Shown: positions 28,410 through 43,186, numbered from the whole stretch's first letter. The stretch is DNA of 63,946 nucleotides, filler included, from Basidioascus undulatus (GCA_000826855.1; 3 parts of 3 records of this genome joined end to end with filler, not necessarily neighbours in it), one strand, 5' to 3'. Translations and numbers: made by a program. Notes: generated from the sequence alone by a model not told the origin.

Positions 28410-29548
28410 CGGTCGCGCATGAGCTTGTTGACGGGAGAAGATAATAGGCTACGAAATGCATCATCCCTGAAATCCATAGTATCGAATCTGTGTTCTGTGA
28501 TGTCCTCTTTCCGTTCTGCAGTGCAAGTGTGACTTCCACATGCAAGCCTGTCAAGCTCAAGCCCAGCATTGCCTATGGGCCCACTGTGCTCAATGCCAGA
28601 GGATCCAGCTTTCAGTGCATGTTACCCCAGTCGGAAATCATCCTTATGAGTGTGGGCACCCATACATCCGATACTATAAGAGCGGCTGCAAAGTTGCCGA
28701 CAATCAAAATGACATTGCCATCGGCGCAGCACCTTGTCGCCCTTGGTTGCTTAGAGCCTGTGTCCACAATTAGAATTTTTGGGCACAACCTAACAGGGTT
28801 TCCCTCGATTGTCTGGAGATGCAGGGAGACTTGGAGTGGGACCGCACTCCTAGCATGCGTTCTTGTCAACTTGCGAAGGCCGGCAGCGCGACCGACTAAG
28901 ACTCAGTCCTGCTGTACCAGGAATTTCTTGGTTGCAGAAACAGTAGCATTAATCCATCAAAGTTAAATCGTAAGGACAGACTGGTTAGTGTCAGATGCAA
29001 CGCCTAAGGACAGCTCTTCCGAATTGGCCTCGCGAGCTCAGTTCGCGAGACCGAAGGCTCGAGGGGAAACAGCGGGCTCTGCTAGCCGGTCTAGTGCATT
29101 GTTTTACATGCGGTGGAGTATTCGATCACAGTTTTAGCAAAAAGGAAGGCCTCTAGGTTACTGCGCTCTACGGAAGTACTGAACTGGCACCCCGCCGGCG
29201 AGTTTGGCAACGCCGTGCAGCCCAGGGCTACTCCTGACAGTCAAGCTGTTTCAGTGCATGTGCCCTATCTTGAATCCCTCTGTTTCAACAAATAGGGCCA
29301 AGACAGGTCAAATTACTATCATGTAAGCTTCGGGTAGCTGATGCTCTGGAGATCCATCCACTGCCGATGTGCGTCTGGAAGCAAATTGATGTCTTTGAAG
29401 GGGTTTCAGTGGTTGCCCCTTTACCATCCTATAATCACATAAACTTCCGTGGCCCTTCAATCTATGGCAAGCTACTTTTCATACTGACCGTGTTGGAAAA
29501 TGAGCGCTGTTAGGCTTTTAAATAAAGAAATAGTAGAAAATAGCAATA

Positions 29549-29620
29549 TCCTTCTTAGCTCAGTGGTAGAGCGCGTCACTAGTAATGACGAGGTCAGTCG
29601 TTCAAGTCGGCTAGGAGGAA
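29549..29620 (+). tRNA. tRNA-Thr(AGT), intronless, second copy
   Basis: Identical to 2030-2101 except position 5 (C>T, giving a G-U pair). T-run downstream. Confidence 0.95.
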
Positions 29621-29724
29621 TGTCATTTTACTACGCTAGTTAATCATTTTTGTAACCCAACCCTCCACAAGCCCGGTGAAAGCCCTTCAAACTGCGAAGG
29701 GTGGGCAGACCTGTCACTTTCGAC

Positions 29725-31130
29725 AGGTCTAGTTGAGGACTGCCGACCCCCGGCACCCCAAGTACTCAGCACCCTCCCACGCAGACGAAAGTATAAACGA
29801 AGCGTACCATGGTCCGACTCGTCCTTGTTAGCTCTACAATCCGCTGCATGAAGGCGCGCTTGACGAAGATCCCCTCCCAGCCGGTAACAGGATTGACGCG
29901 GGCTCGGGTAAGACGTGGTACCCACACCGACATCTGTAGTGCTTCAAATGCGTATGAGAACTGCGCTCAAATGGCCGCAAACATTCTCAGGTGCGCCGCG
30001 GAAGTCGCCCTCCTTCGTCCCGCGAAGCTGGGACCCGTGCAGCTTCGCCGCTTCCTTGAAGAACTTGGTGTGGTGCACGGCGGTGAGGCCATCGACGAAG
30101 ACAGCCTAGGCCGGGGTGAGGCGACCATAGGCCCTGTGTTCAGAAGAAATTAAGTGACCGGGAATGAGACGGGGAATGAGACCAGAAATGAGACTGGGAA
30201 AAGGAAGCACACTCACTCATAGGCAGAGGCCCAGAGCGTGTCGCCCCCGGATGGCGAGAGAGTGTGGACGTGGACTGCATTGGGAGATGTTCATCAGACC
30301 TTGCCTCGCCCTATGACGTTACATCGTTTGACCCACGGATGGCGTAGTCAGAAGGGACAGGCTCAAACGTGATGTCGGCTGAGGCCAGAGCAGGTATTGC
30401 GTAGCGAGTAAGGTACACACAGTGCCAGCCGCGGTTCGACAGGCGAGAGGTCCTTTTGCTGCTTAATGTACGACTCGCGGCTGTGATGACACCCTGATTA
30501 TTTCGATGGCGTACAGTCTAGGCGCAGTGCGGAGGACTCACTTGAACTCGCAGTCAATGACGCTGATCTTGTCGCCAACTGCAGGAACAAGAGCGAGCAA
30601 GGCTCATTGAGCTATGCAGTCGGATGACACATACGCTCAGAGAATTCCTTTCACTCCAAGCAGTCCATCAGCATCTAATCAATCGACTGATTGTCACTGA
30701 AAACACTCACCTTGGTAAGCGCGTGCACATGCAGTCCGCTCGTCTCAGGCTTGCCAACGAGATTTCCCAGCTTCTCCCTCAGCTCGCGCTGCTCATCAAT
30801 GCTCAACTCCTGGTTCCTGAAGAACGCGACGTTAAGCTGGCTGATGAGGACTGCGAGGTCCCGGATCTGCGTGTCGGACTTGAGGATGTCGCGCAGCTGC
30901 ACGCTGGGGGCGAACTCCGTTCCGAGGACCGGGGTGACTGGAGGGTAAGTAGAGATGAGAGGTGTGGACAGGGGTCTAAGTTGAGAGGGAAGGTACCTTG
31001 ATGGGAGGGCAGGAGTCGAGCGACCCGGAGGAGTCAGGGCGCCACGGATCGACAAGACGGTGCTGGGCTTGTCGGGGGCTGTCTCGGCGGGAGCGACTAC
31101 GGTATCGGTAGCAACGGGAGGGGCCGTGAT
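29725..31130 (-). pseudogene. TauD/TfdA-family alpha-ketoglutarate-dependent dioxygenase pseudogene
   Basis: VTPVLGTEF, RDLAVLISQLNVAFFRNQ, GWHSDITFEPVPSDYA, GGDTLWASAYE, RVNPVTGWEGIFV. No ATG at the expected start (ATC), in-frame TAG at 30106-30108, a frameshift near 29825, and the C-terminal WDNR/His region is absent. Confidence 0.85.
30159..30200 (+). repeat. Short imperfect 12-bp tandem repeat (core AATGAGAC x3) in a TauD intron
   Basis: CGGGAATGAGAC GGGGAATGAGAC CAGAAATGAGAC. Confidence 0.7.
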
Positions 31131-32936
31131 TAAAGCTGTTGGAGAGAAGCGTATTGTTGACCAACACGCTGCCTTTTATCGACTGTACCACGCTGCCAGT
31201 GCGAGCACACCATCGTTGTTCGCATCGGCGGCCTGCGTTCTCAACAGTTCGCGGCGAGCGATGAGCGGCCGGAAACACCGGATATTGAGGAGAACCGGGA
31301 CCGAGGAGTGTTGTTGTATGCTTTCAAATCCGTGATGCTCCATGAAGAAGAGCGATGGTGCAATTGCCATCGATGGGTGCATGCTGCTCCGCCTGCTGTT
31401 TTGCGAATGACAGTCGGATATTGGGCTGGCGTTTCATGTCTTCTCCTTCTGCAATATTTCTTGGAAACCAATTGAAGCGAAGCGTATATCGGGGGTTCTG
31501 TACTCGCGGGCGTGACCAAGCTGTTGCCACAGTGGCCAGGGGGAAACCCTGTGTCCATGGTCGGCGTTGACGATGGCAGGTACAAGGATTGGAAGGCTTG
31601 TTCGCTTTTGAGGAGGCTCAGCCAAAGTTGATACTTTATTCAGGGAACTCTGGTAATCAAAGAGAGTTATTATAGCGGACAATCGAATGTCATTGCCCTG
31701 AGCAGGCCTTCATCTTCCACTCGCGACCATCCACCCCTTGTACAGCCATTGTTGAGGTCTGCCCGTTGCAGGTCAGTGCCAATGAGTAGAACAAAACATC
31801 CAAGACTCAGCTGCTGCTGTTTATACCTCGTGTGTTACTGATGATGAATGCAAGAGCAGCTGTTAAGGGTGACACGCCGGGAGTGTACTGGAAGCAGCCT
31901 CAGCAACTTACCCACACATCCAAGTTGCGGAACCATACGACCACTTGAGCAAAAGAGCTAGGAACATTGAACACCTGATAAGTGACGGTCTCCGCTGAGC
32001 TAAGAGACGTCTTTGCACAAGTGGGACAAGAGAAATGCGCCCAGCCGCGGTGTGTGATTAGCATTAGAGATAAAGCGTCAACTACGCAAGTGAGAAATAC
32101 TTTTAGTCGAAAATCTGCTACGGAATTGCATGGACGAGGCGGATGGGCTGGCCGCTAGTACGGCGACACTACGCTCGCCAGCTGTGCCGCTGAGGTGGCA
32201 ACTGGGAGAGAGTGATAGTGCAAGATCAATTGTTCCTCAAGACTGCTTCCCTCTATTCCAAAGTTTGAGAATGAAGTTGAACAAGACTCAGACAATGCAC
32301 TCAGCCAACAGCGTCAATTGCTGGCCTCATGAGACCCCACGGCTTGGAGGGAAGACGGACAGTCTTGTTATGAATGTCTCAACGTCTTTAAAATGCTTTT
32401 AAATTTTTCTTTTTGGGTGATCTACCTGCGTTTCGAGAGAAACAAGACTGTGCCTCGGAAAGACGCAGTTTGACACTCCGTGCGATGGTTGGTCGCACAC
32501 GACCACGCAACAATCACCCACTCACCCGCAATTCGATTAATGTTATCAATTCGGTCCATGAGACCATATTGAATTATTGGTATAGATTTCGGTATAGGTT
32601 GAAGAAGAAGAAACACAGTCGAGAGACTTCAAGGCAGAAAGCTGCGAAACGGCAGTTGTAACCGTAACTCCGACTGCCTTGCGGGCCGACTGGAGCGCAC
32701 CGCAGCTTTTTCGATTACCTTGCCGCTGCCGCCACCGTTCTCCTCGTCACTATCCTTCAAGGTGAGCACGCACGTCTCGATAACGAGGCCTATGCAGAGC
32801 GCATGCAGAGCGCCTGTATGCTGGAGCTGCGTGGGCTGGGAGGGCACCGTAATTTGGGAGGGAGTGGAGGAATCTGCGGGAGGTTCGCATGCGTGCTCTG
32901 AGGAGAAGGCTGACCGTCTTCTCGCCCCGTATCCAG

Positions 32937-33815
<879 letters not shown>

Positions 33816-34468
33816 TGGTATGCGCTCCTCGGCGGCGGCCGCTCTGGGGCGTCTTCTGTGCTCGTCCGTGGCGCGGGGGAAGCTTTGGAGTCATGGTGGT
33901 TGGGTGATCTTGCATGTACTATGGGCATACTCGCTATGCATCTTACGCTCACGCTCGATCGCCCTTCTGCTCTCCATTCCGTATGAGATTGGTGATTTGA
34001 ATGTCCCCTCCGCCGTTGCCATCTTCCCGACTCATTTCGCTCACCATGCAATTGTGTCTCCATCATTCGAAGCTGACCTCGAATGCCGTGATGTCTTCCG
34101 AGGATCGCGAGGCGCGGTACACGTCCATATCTAGCTCGGAACGCAGGGGCCGTCCACGTCGAGTGCAAGAGTTAGCCTCACATTTAAAAGACCGGCAACC
34201 TAGCTCGTTTGCTTCACGACCGCTCGCAACCGTTTCTGTCTGCAACAGTTTGCGGTCAGTATTGCTTCGTACTTGTGACCAATCACTATCATGGTTGCCG
34301 CCTTCATCGGCCCGCCTGCACGCGTTGTCTTCCACTGCCATCTTCCCTGTGCCCTTCCCGCTTAGAACGCTCTCTCGCACTCATATCGAAGCTAACTTCC
34401 TCACAAAAACTCGCTTTAAACCTTCGATCGATCGTCCATGCCCCCCAAACTTCATTGCCACGCGTCAA

Positions 34469-35692
34469 ATGGCTACGTACCGTAATCTGCTTGCAGCTGC
34501 CGCACTCGGCGAGGGTCGTGGATATCCGTGGAGCAGTGTAAAGCTTCGGCACCGTGTACGCCCGCAAGTTCTTAGCGCCCTGTTCCTGCTTAATCTGAAC
34601 CCCTTCCAGATGCTCTGTCAATCTGCAATCTACGAATGCGAAGAAGCACCGCATGCTCGTCACGTACGCGAGCGTCCTCGAAGCGCACCATGCGCAGAAC
34701 CGCCCTTCTCTCGCGTCCGCCTATCCCGAAGTGGACGTGCGCTTCGCCACGCCGGGAATGATGCTCGACGTCGAGTTTAAGACGAGGGAGCAGAAGAGCG
34801 TGTTCGACCGCGCGCTGCATTGGGATCGACCATCCCGATCTCGTCTTCCCGCTCGCGGTTCTACAGAAAGCCAGCCAACCTGCAAAGGGTAAGCAACAAT
34901 CTCAACGGATTCTGGACCACGTCTTGAAGTGCTTTTTCTCAGATTCGAAGCGCTCGCAGCCCGCCTATCCCGCTCCTTCCGCACCTGCACCGCCCAAGCG
35001 GAGCCGTCTCGTCGGTCCGCTGCCTCCAGCGCGACTGATCGACCTCGAGGACGCCCCGGAATATCACACCCTGCACCGACCGTTCTAGGGCCTTTCGCTA
35101 TTCATCATCCTTCCTAACGACGCCTGGACGGCTCAAATCCTTTTCGAGCGGCTCTCCGATGTGCGTCCGGCTGCCGCTTTGCCGTGTGCGATTGTCTGGC
35201 TCGGGCTCGATTTCGCTGAAACGCTCTCGACCCCTTTCTTAACCTCGCAGAATGCACGTACTTTACTCCGAAGTACGACCCCGCTGACCGCCCGAACAAG
35301 ACCGAGTCGCTCGCCAAGATCAAGGTCGGCCTGGTCACCTTCGCGAGCCCGGACGACGCACAGACGTGCGGGAACGCTTCGTGACCGATCGGCTTGGCCC
35401 GTCTCGTCCCACACCGCTGGACACCGTTCAGACCGCCACGCCGGGTATCGTTGGCGGGTTCTACGCCAAGAAGCCGGAGACGCGGGCATTCGATCGCGGC
35501 GAGGCTAAGCCGGGCGTTACCCTGGACGACGTGCTCGCAATTTCGCCCGCAACTTGTACTTGCCTGGAGGCTTCTAACCCGAACTCTGAGCCTCTCAACT
35601 CGTCCTCGTCCGCCGTGCTCGCAGCCGCCAGATCTTCAGCATCTTCCGATCGAGCCGAGCCGGCCTTCTTCCATTCCCCCCCTCGCTACTGA
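34469..35692 (+). pseudogene. Degenerate hypothetical gene with RRM-like segments
   Basis: Coding-like segments in shifting frames, including MLVTYASVLEAHHA and KVGLVTFASPDDAQ (RNP1-like). No continuous spliced frame found. Confidence 0.3.
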
Positions 35693-36689
35693 TCCTGAAC
35701 CGGTACCATTGTCAGGTGCGTATTCTTTCTCTTAGACTTCACAATGGAGAGCTCCTGACGTACGCTGACCGCCAGTGAAGGCACAGTTGAGTCGAAACTG
35801 GAAGGGTTGAAGGAGGAGGCGGATGATGAGCGAGTAAAGGATGAGCTCTTCGTGAGCATGAGGGCGACGAATTCTCGGCTGCAGGGGTTGTTGAATCTGC
35901 TATCATGATGCTTGCGCTTTATCACCTGCGGTTTTGTGTTTGTTAGGTTCCTGTGGTATTCCGGCGCTGACTGCCATGCGCATGTGGGGGCAGGCCTGCT
36001 CCGAAGTTGAGTGCAACTGAAGTCGTATCGTAAGTGAGCACCCGGTGATAAAGGTTTCTAAATGGATAATCTTGCCTTGTACAGCTGCAAGAGTCCAGCA
36101 GGTTTCATGGGTAGCAGTTTCACATACGATGCACAGGACGACAGGCAGCGGGGCAAGGCAAAGGTTTCGTCGATTGTTCGTCTAGAACCATTGGATTTAA
36201 AAGGCTCACATTTTTTTCAAGACTCAAGCTCCACGCTGAGTTAGGTAAAAGCTCGAGCCTGCAGAAGAACCGAAGACAGTTTCTCGACGCCCGGCCGTTG
36301 GCGGATCATTCTGAACCCGTGCATCATCAACGCATCTACCCCATGATTTTCCTTGATAAACTTGTCCATATTCTGGTACAATTAAAAACCTATCACTTCG
36401 TAATCGTCCCACCAGTCCTGTCTTTTTATGTGTGAATAGAAGCTTCTCTTCCTGTCGCCACCATTCAAGCTTCGAGCAGGCCTTCGCAGAACGTGCTGCT
36501 GCCAGCGGCTGTGCTGGGTAGGACGGAGACCCGACATTGAATTTTTTCCCGACACGCCCACGCCGCTGAAGTCCCCTTCACATAGTCTCCCACCAGCCAA
36601 ACAGAAGCTCTGCAACACTGAACGGAAGGGCCTGCACAGGCAACGAAAACGCATTAGCATCGACATCCCGGCCATAAAGCTATCGACAC

Positions 36690-37851
36690 AGCTCAAGTAT
36701 CTTACTTAGCTTCCGGCTCGCAGCACCGCCTTGACCCCACTCTTCCATCGCCCAACCACCCGTCCACGCGAGCCAAGCTGCGACCCAAACCCGCCTGAAC
36801 CTGGGCGGAATGAAAGCGCGTTAGAGCATGATATCCACGGGTTGAGCGGCGAAAAATGAAAATGTTCCCCTACCGACACCGAGGATAGCGTAGGTGCCTG
36901 CACCGTGGAGGAGCGCCGAAAGGAGAAACACGACGTGACGCGGACGAACGACCTGAGAAGGGCGGGCTTGCGCGGGAAGATGGACGAGATGAAGTCGGCG
37001 TGGGAGAGGAGGATCTGAAAGTAGCGAAGAATTATTAAACACCTGGACAGAAAGAAGAAAGTTGAGTGACTTGTACTGACCCTCCGCAGCGACTGCCAAA
37101 ACCTGGACCAGAAAGAGCCCACATCGCGAATCTCGACCAAGCCCCCAAAGAATTCCGGCCAGTCCTTGGGCTCTGTGAACCCATTGGCCACCGAAAGAAG
37201 ACTGAAAGCGGTGTATGAGCCCGGAAGGATCGAGTAAACGAGCGAACCCCATAGGGCGCAGTGGAAAAGTCGCGGCATGAGGGGTTGAGTTGCCAATAGG
37301 TGGATCTGGTGGTACGATACTCGAGAGTCGCAGAGGTAGAAGGAGACTGAGTCGAAGATGATGTAAAAGAGGACGAGCCGAAAGATCCGGGAGAGGAGGA
37401 AATGCCGGCGGGAGATGACCCGTGAAAGATGGAAGCGACCGAACTTCCACCCAACGCCTCGGGGTGTAGAAAGGAGGTCGGCCACCCATCGCGCCTTTTG
37501 CTGCACCGTTGGCGGGACTTGATCCTCTCCGAGGCGATGGTATTGAGTCTCAGGAATTGACAACAGCAACAAGTCCGAGGCCTGCAGTGCAGCGTAAATG
37601 CCTATGCTGACGATCGTTTCGTCGAGCGCCGGATAGCCGGTGGTGTACAGGAAAAAGGGTAGAAGCGCCGAGGTCATGGCGAGGGGTAAACAAAGCCATC
37701 GACGGATGAAAAGCGGGAAAGGGGTGGGAGATAGAATGAGGGCGATAAAGATTATGATGTGCGGCAGTGGCACTAGGATGTACGGGAGCGGCTGGCGGTG
37801 AGGCGCCGGGGACCAATGGGCGTGCTCGGGCGATGCGCCTTCGAAAGACAT
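36690..37851 (-). pseudogene. Membrane-bound O-acyltransferase (MBOAT_2/wax-synthase-like) pseudogene
   Basis: Hydrophobic N-terminus, STPRGVGWKF, DWPEFFG...SFWSRFW-QSLRR (FWHQ motif lacks His), frameshift near 36935 to VFLLSALLH, premature TAA at 36821-36823. Confidence 0.8.
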
Positions 37852-38472
37852 GATCGAAACTGGTGAGCAGAATCTGAGTGAAAGAGAAAGAGCTGAGTAT
37901 ACGAGACGAGTGGCTGTGTACAAGCTGAGCAGAGAAAGAACAGGATTGTGCGGTTGATGTGCAGCCGATTTAAGGCCGAACTCTGAGGCCGTGGCATTCG
38001 ATGCCGACAGCGGAGGTACACTCTTCGACATTCTCTGGTGATGAGTGGGCTCTCGTTGCCATAAGTCTCAGTGCACAACAAACTTGGAGTTGGGAGGAGC
38101 AAAGCCATTCGGTTGAGGATGGTTTGTCCTCGCTGTCGCGCCCAGGCCTATGTTTGCGTGGATGGATCTCGTGTGCCTTCCTCCTCCAGGGCCGCTCATT
38201 ATTATTTATCATCCGGCTTCCGAGTCATATGGGTTTCAAAGAACCCACTTCTTGCCACTGCATCATGGCCTCCACGCGTTTGTTTCGCCCAAGGACGAGT
38301 GAGAAGATGCGATAGCACCTCCAAAATATGACGCAACTTCCCGTTGGATCTGCCAGTGGTCTTCTCTTCGCACTTCTCTTCGTTTCTTCTTCTGACATTA
38401 TCACCATCAAACAGCTTCGCTGCCACCACGAACAACTTCTCTAATACTTTCCAACCAGTGTAAACAATTACC

Positions 38473-40955
38473 ATGCAAGCCGTTGCGAACGCCGTCCAAG
38501 GATACCTAGGTCTGTCTTGCCGCTCTCTGGACTGTTCCCGTTCCTCAAATGCTGACGGAAATTTTTGGATCAATGAAGGCCCCGAGCCCACGTCGGTGGA
38601 CCCTGGGTACAAGGCTCGGGAGGACGGGTCGACCATGAAGGCGCTGGCCTGGTTTGGCACCACGAACGTGAAGGTCATCGATGCTCCGAGTGCGTCTCTC
38701 CCATTCCTTATCTCAGTCGCCGGCTGTCTGACCCCGTCCTATAGTCCCTGATGTCACCGAGCCGGGCGATGTTATTGTCCGCACGACGGGCACGACCATC
38801 TGCGGATCGGACCTTCAGTGAAGCTTGCAATCACAGCGCGTGCGACGGCGTGCCGTTACTGATCACGCCCCGCCTGTAGCTTGTACCACGCCGAGATTCT
38901 TGCGCTGCAGAAGGGGGATATCCTTGGCCACGGTAATCTGATCGTGCTCCTGTGCCTCAGTTGTGCCTGGCGAGGCTGACTGGTAGTGGATGACGTCACA
39001 GAGTTCATGGGCAAGGTCGAGCGCGTCGGGCCCGTACGCCTGTTGCCTTTCACTCTCACACAGGAGGAAACCAATGAATGTAATTGTGGTGGCCTACAGA
39101 ATGTCACGAAGTTCAAGCCCGGCCAGCGCGTCGTCTGCTCATTCCAAATCGCTTGTGGCGAGTGCCAGGTACGGTGCTTTCGTGTTTCTACCATGTGTCA
39201 GTCAGACAATCTGACCCGATGATTGCGCGAACACCCACAGTTCTGCAAGCAGAAGCTCTCCTCCATGTGTGATCGCACCAACAACTCGAGCTTGATGCAG
39301 AACATGTACCGCCAGCGCACAGCGGGCTTCCTCGGGTACTCTGTGCGTCACCCTTTCCAAGCACCTCTCAATGCTTGATTCCCTACTTACTATGGTCCTC
39401 TGATGGTGTAGCACTTCACCGGTGGCTTCCCCGGCGGTCAAGCAGAGTACGTCAAGGTGCCGTACGGCGAGGTCAACCTGCTTCCCATCCCCGACGACGT
39501 GAGCGACGAGCAGGCCATCTACTTGTCAGACGGTACGTTAGCCGTTTACATCCTACTCTGGTAGAAACCCGAATGTCTTCTAATCCTGAAATCTACTAGT
39601 CCTTCCTACGAGCTACAACGCCGTGGTCGACACGGGCGTGAAGGAGGGAGATGTGGTTGCGATCTTCGTACGTTCCAGCCTTCCTTTTGACGCCATGACG
39701 CGGTGCCCAACCCAGTTATATTAATTTTCTCCCATTACGCATCAGGGTCTTGGCCCCATCGGTCTGTGCGCTGTGAAGTGGGCGCAGGCGAAGGGCGCAA
39801 AGACTGTTGTCGGTTTGGACAAGGTCCCATACCGGTTGGAGACTGCTCGGGAGAAGTGCGGGATCCAGACGATCGACATCACCGAGAACAAGAACGTTGC
39901 CAAGAAGCTGCTCGAGTGAGGACACGGCGAATTTGGGCTGGATGTGCCAGTAGGCTGATCAGGCTCTTCGATCTACAAGGCTCTTTCCCTCCGGAGTGGA
40001 TGTCAGCATTGACTGCTCGACCTTCCATGAGCCCAAGACTCTGCTGCACAAGGCTCAGAAGGTTCGTCCGGCTGCGGCTCGGCCTCCATGTGTTTTTGAC
40101 TGGTTCTGACTTCGTGAGATTTGTACAGACCCTCATGCTTGAGACCGATTCGCCTGAACAGGTTGGTTGTTCTACCCTCATTTGATCAGTATATCGTATG
40201 TTTACGCACTTCCACAGGTGAACGAGATGATTGCCGCCGCGAAGAAGTTTACGGGCCGCATCGGCCTAACCGCGGTGTACGCTGCGTTCACCAACAGTGC
40301 GTTGCTCGTCTCTGCTTTGCGCCTCTTGACAGTTGCTGCAGAGTGCTAACCGGTTTGGGTTTATCCCTGGCTCAACATAGACTTCAACATCGGCGCTCTG
40401 ATGGAGAAGGGCGTTACGCTCAAGGGCAACGGCCAGGCGCCCGTTCACAAGTACTGGGAGGAGATCCTGCAGGTGCGTCCTCTTTCTTGACATTTGCGTG
40501 CTTGATTGGAGGGCGGCTGATCATGGTTGGGGAATGCAGTACATTCGTGGTGGCAAGTTCGACCCTACCTTGGTAAGTCCTGTTGACTTGACTCGGACGG
40601 AGAGTTGTCTGGTGCTCATCCACTATTCATTTGATACTACAGATGATCTCTCACCGGTTCGTCCTCATCGGCTCCTGCCTTTGCTGGTGTTGTCGACTGA
40701 CATTCGCATTCTCCCATGCAGTGTGCCTATCGAGGACATGGAGAAGCTCTATGATGCGTTCGACAGGCGCAACGTGCCCGGTCTTGAGAAGGCACGCTCG
40801 CCCACCCGATCTGAGCAAGGATTTGTCTGGTCTGTCGCTGACGCTGCGTGTATTCTCAGGTCTTCGTCGAGACTGCAGCAAGTGCGCCGCCTGCTCCCGG
40901 CTGCCCGACCACCACTCGCGTGGACGACTGGCCCCGCATCTATTTCGACGCATGA
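38473..40955 (+). CDS. Zinc-dependent MDR-family alcohol dehydrogenase (formaldehyde-dehydrogenase-like), highly intron-rich
   Basis: TTICGSDLH, ILGHEFMG, structural-Zn CGECQFC...C, GGQAEYVKVP, YLSDVLPTSY, GLGPIG, GNGQAPV. TGA at 40953-40955. Confidence 0.92.
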
Positions 40956-41129
40956 TGAAATGAGAAGTATCTGTCCACGCCAATCGTGACAATAATTTAC
41001 TTTATTAATGATTTCGGTCTGTGTGTATACCTGCATGCGATGTCACCGCGGCCACGAGTGTCTGAACAATGCACTAAAGCGTGCTCGAAGGTCCGAAGTA
41101 CGCAAGTTTCTCACAGGATGTTCATTGCT

Positions 41130-42080
41130 CAACTATCCAATTTCATGCTTGACGCACCACTCTACGCTCTCCAACTGCGGCAGTGTATCCTTCAGTCCCA
41201 GCTGGATTGCCATCGCCATCCTGTGCTCTTTAGGCTCGGCTCGACGCCCGGAAAGCTCCAAGTGCCTGAGGGATCGGTAAGGAGTCAGGAGAAGTCGAAA
41301 AAATCGCTGTACCAACGTAGCCATCGTAAGTATGTTTCGCGAGAGGGGTAGAGAGGAATATGAAACGGACTATCTCAGCCTGTACAGTTCGCGCCTCCCA
41401 CTCACAGGCCGAGATCCTCAACCTCCTTCGGCATCAGAGGCTCATCCTCCACCGCACCGTTTCAATCCTCATCGGCTCTCAGCCCAACATCCAACTCCAC
41501 CTCCATCACCTGGCAGCACGCCGCCGCCTCCAGTAGCATGGACGCGAACCTCCGCCGGTTTCTGCAGCGCGTTGCGTCTTCAAAATGCGCAGAACACGCA
41601 AACCCGGCGTGTACGTAAACGCATCGCCGAGGAGGAGGACGTCAGGGTCTTCTTCGGCTATAACGTCGACTGGCGCAGTGAGCTGGGGCACGCCGAGAGT
41701 CGTGAGGGATTCGAGGGACGGGAGGCGATAGAGGAGGGGGAGGAGGAGCTCGTTCAGCTGGGGGTAGGTGAACCCTGAAACTCGAATGTCGAGGGCCCTA
41801 ATAAGCCAAGCCATCTGCATAAGCTACACAGGCCGTTGACTTCGAAGGCGAAGAGGAAAACGCACCGTATCCCCTGAGCCAATTGAGGCTGTTCATCCAT
41901 CCCCACAAGCAAGTGTACAAGCTCCCCAAAGCCTTTGTGTAGCCGGACGTGCCGACATAGGATAGGTTGAGCGAACGCCCTCGACGTGCGGGAGACGAGC
42001 GAAGCTGCGTGCAGTGCGGAGGGTGCGCGGAGATGCGCGTAGATGTGCGGGAGGAGCTCGAGGGGAAGATGGGGTGACAT
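41130..42080 (-). pseudogene. F-box/LRR-like protein, probably a pseudogene
   Basis: LPLELLPHI...AASLVSR...AQPILCRHV (F-box-like) and LPSLESL/TPGLRVL (LRR-like). The downstream continuation needs a frameshift and contains stops. Confidence 0.55.
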
Positions 42081-43109
42081 ATCACGTAGAATGGAGTGCG
42101 TTTGATGCGAAGGCGGGAATCACAGACGAAGGTTCTGGGAGAAGAGACGAGGATGTCCTTTTGTATCTTTTACAGCATCCACAGCGATGAATGCCCCTCT
42201 TCAGCAATCGCGCCGAGGATTCCATATCTTTCCCGGGTGACAGGAACGCCGAAGACAGTCATTCCACTGCAGTTGCAGCACAGCGTCCCTCCACCGTTTG
42301 TGCGATGACTGCTTCCGCTCTTCAGCACAGAGTGACAGGAACACCGAAGCCGCGGCCCTGAGAGGAGAACCCGCAAATTGCCGACTTTACAGGACGAGTT
42401 AGGGGAGAGAGATTGTATACGGCGGTGCTTTATTCCTTAAAATCCACATCAATAGAAAAGCGGAGGGAGCATCTGCAGCTGCGATGAGCACTTGAATGGC
42501 GAGCAGACGCCCTGCAGGACTGCAGGCAGTGTCGTCCGGTCGAGTGAGTAAGCCTTACACTATTATGGCGGGGTGTGGCAACAAGCGCCAGGTTGCACGC
42601 GCTGTCCGCTCCAGGTACACCGTGAGTCTCTTCTTCTTCTGACCTGCTGCAGAGTAGACCGGGGCAGGGGCAGGATGATCTACGCGCAGCGAGCTCTCTT
42701 CTCCGTGGGAAATCGGGAAAGCAGATCGCTTGCGCTCCAGGAACGCTACCCAACTGCACCACAAAAGTTCAATGCCATTATCAGACCGTCCAAAAGTTGC
42801 TTGACCCGTGAATCGAACACGGGGCGGGTCGACTTACAAATGGCAACGACCCAGGTTACCACTACCCCAGCCAAGCGCTGCTGATGCTTCAAGTGTTAAA
42901 ATCCGAGTTCACAAACGCAATTCCCCACAACCACCTGTGGTGAGTTTGTCCAGAATGTTCGGATTGGTGACGATAAATCACAAGTCGGCCGAAGAAGTCA
43001 AAAGTACGTACAGCGCAGCGTTGACCAAGCTAGCCAGGCCTGGCTGTTCACACCTCTTCTTCCCTTCATCATGATCAGTCACACATCCGTCAACAGGTGC
43101 AAAAGGCTG

Positions 43110-43186
43110 TGACGAGAGTGGGATTCGAACCCACGCCCTTTCGGACCAGATCCTTAGTCTGGCGCCTTAGACCGCTCGGCCATCTC
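43110..43186 (-). tRNA. tRNA-Leu(AAG), first ~3 nt lost in the gap
   Basis: Reverse strand reads GAGATGGCCGAGCGGTCTAAGGCG CCAGA-CTAAGGA-TCTGG, long variable arm, GTGGG-TTCGAAT-CCCAC, TCTCGTC-A, then TTTT. Confidence 0.93.
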
